This document shows positions 38,456 to 40,000 of a DNA stretch of 40,000 nt, piece by piece; the first letter of the stretch is position 1; each line of letters opens with the position of its first letter. Position numbers and translations under genes: made by a program. Origin of the DNA: Orbus wheelerorum (GTDB taxonomy: Bacteria > Pseudomonadota > Gammaproteobacteria > Enterobacterales > Orbaceae); the NCBI RefSeq assembly GCF_036251935.1, contig NZ_CP133967.1, one strand, 5' to 3'. The notes beneath the pieces are model-generated. The model did no database searches. It saw nothing but the letters and a program-made list of their open reading frames with translations, and had not been told where the DNA came from.

Positions 38456-38561
38456 ATTTACCCTTAAAACCAATACTTTTAAATAAAATGCCATATATCA
38501 CAATGAAACATTTTATTCTAACTGAGCATCTAACTAATCTTTACTAGCATTATCCTTATCC

Positions 38562-40000
38562 TTAACCAATTGGCATCCCTGAATAGTATAACTTAGCATA
38601 GGCACCATTTTTATTTAATAATTGTTGATGGTTACCTTGTTCAAGGATATGACCATCATCAATGACAAGGATTTCATCTGCTTTTTCAATCGTTGATAGC
38701 CGGTGAGCAATCACAATTGACGTCCTATTTTTTTGTAACTCTTCTAATGCTTGTTGAATGGCTCTTTCTGATTCGGTATCAAGAGCTGAAGTTGCTTCAT
38801 CTAAGATTAAAATAGGATTATCTCTTAATAGTGCGCGAGCTATTGCAATGCGTTGCCGTTGTCCACCAGATAGTAGCACGCCATTTTCACCTACCCAAGT
38901 ATCAAAACCATTTTCCATTTTCATGATGAAATCATAAGCATAAGCATGTCGAGCTGACTGCTCGATTTGTTCTCGCGTAAATTTATTGCTACAACCATAA
39001 GTAATATTATTGGCGATAGTATCATTAAATAAATGGACATTTTGTGATACGAAGCCAATTTGTTCTCTTAAACTATATAAGGTGTAATCTTTAATATTTT
39101 TGTTATCAAGTAAGATTTCACCTTGCTCAATATCATAAAAACGCATCATAAGACTTGCAATGGTAGATTTTCCTGAGCCCGAACGCCCAACTAAAGCAAT
39201 GGTTTTACCTGCTTCAATTGAAAAATTAATATTTTTTAACGCGGGTTGTTGGCGAGTTGGATAGGTAAATGTAACATTTTTAAAGCCTATATTACCTTTT
39301 ACTCTATCAATATTTAAATGGCCGTCGTCTTTTTCAATCGGTAAATCAAATATCGCAAATAATGTTTGGCAGGCCGCCATTCCTTTTTGAAATTGCGCGT
39401 TAACATTGGTCAGGTTTTTAATTGGTTGCATCAGCGCAATCATTGACGAAAAAACAACGGTGAATGCACCTGGCGAAATATCAATACTTGGATTTGCAGC
39501 CATAAAAAGCATAAAGGCAATAGCAAATGAAATAACAACTTGAATTAACGGTGTTGATAGCGCTGTAACGGCGACCATTCGCATCCCGCTACGTCTAAAA
39601 TGGTTACTTGCTTTTATGAAATTTTTATCTTCAACTTCTTGAGAGCCAAAAAGAATAATATTTTTATGCCCTTTAAGCATTTGTTCAACTGAGGCGCTAA
39701 CACCTCCCATTGAATTTTGCATATTTTTTGCTAATTTCCGAAAACGAGTGGAAATTAAGGCGATCAATACAATAACAATCGGTGCTACGACAATCAAAGC
39801 GAGTGATAACTGCCAGCTATTTAAAAACATGGTAGTTATTAAGCCAATAATAAATGCAGTTTCACGAACGATGGTAATTAGTGAGCTTGATGTTGCAGAG
39901 GCGACCTGCTGAGTATCATAAGTGATACGTGATAGTAATTTACCCGTTGAGCTTTGGTCAAAAAAGCTCGTTGGTGATTCAACCAAATGGTTAAATAATT
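38562..40000 (-). CDS. msbA: Lipid A export ATP-binding/permease protein MsbA, N-terminus beyond the window edge
   Basis: The frame stays open to base 40000 (…[33 protein letters not shown]…), so the start shown in the ORF track is internal. The protein is near co-linear with E. coli MsbA, including [37 protein letters not shown] and [13 protein letters not shown]. Confidence 0.93.
   Translation of the reverse strand, partial: LFNHLVESPTSFFDQSSTGKLLSRITYDTQQVASATSSSLITIVRETAFIIGLITTMFLNSWQLSLALIVVAPIVIVLIALISTRFRKLAKNMQNSMGGVSASVEQMLKGHKNIILFGSQEVEDKNFIKASNHFRRSGMRMVAVTALSTPLIQVVISFAIAFMLFMAANPSIDISPGAFTVVFSSMIALMQPIKNLTNVNAQFQKGMAACQTLFAIFDLPIEKDDGHLNIDRVKGNIGFKNVTFTYPTRQQPALKNINFSIEAGKTIALVGRSGSGKSTIASLMMRFYDIEQGEILLDNKNIKDYTLYSLREQIGFVSQNVHLFNDTIANNITYGCSNKFTREQIEQSARHAYAYDFIMKMENGFDTWVGENGVLLSGGQRQRIAIARALLRDNPILILDEATSALDTESERAIQQALEELQKNRTSIVIAHRLSTIEKADEILVIDDGHILEQGNHQQLLNKNGAYAKLYYSGMPIG

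Noticed and set aside
1-40000. CRISPR arrays, IS elements or transposases, integrases, tRNA/rRNA genes, and prophage or toxin-antitoxin modules
   Set aside because: I saw no repeat-spacer periodicity, no terminal inverted repeats flanking transposase-like ORFs, no cloverleaf-capable GC-rich ~75 nt islands in the intergenic regions, and no matching ORFs. A tRNAscan/Infernal run would be needed to exclude small RNAs formally.

Overview
AT-rich, low-GC gammaproteobacterial chromosomal segment. Gene content resembles Enterobacterales or Orbales genomes, but the species cannot be determined from the sequence alone. I can support about 35 protein-coding genes and one decayed pseudogene. I saw no rRNA, tRNA, CRISPR array, IS element or integrase by eye.

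Gene order:
- 3' end of a urease cluster (ureD, cut by the window edge) followed by a UT-family urea channel
- a convergent Nik/Ynt/Opp-type ABC importer operon (binding protein plus two permeases) with no ATPase genes attached
- amtB without glnK
- a DUF2165-like membrane protein
- a four-gene chaperone-usher fimbrial operon behind an ~800 bp AT-rich leader
- clcA
- a three-lipoprotein operon (CsgG-like, DUF4810-like, DUF799/GNA1162-like)
- yehS
- a decayed DeoR-family remnant
- yagU
- a 14.2 kb tightly coupled formate hydrogenlyase-2 cluster, hyfABCDEFGHIJ-hycI-hydN-fdhF, with a candidate sigma54 promoter and upstream repeats
- two convergent Nik/Opp-type ABC ATPase genes
- gadB-gadC
- msbA, cut by the window edge

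The main observation is functional. Almost every module is a proton-consuming or pH-homeostasis function (urease/urea channel, AmtB, ClC antiporter, YagU, FHL-2, GadBC) or supplies nickel to the two nickel enzymes. These modules are packed into ~38 kb with no mobility genes.

Secondary observations:
- the ABC importer is split, with its ATPase genes 28 kb from the permease genes
- FdhF has Cys in place of selenocysteine
- GadC lacks most of the C-terminal plug
- the tri-lipoprotein CsgG-like operon is uncharacterised

All homology calls come from reading the translations against remembered reference sequences. No database search was run.
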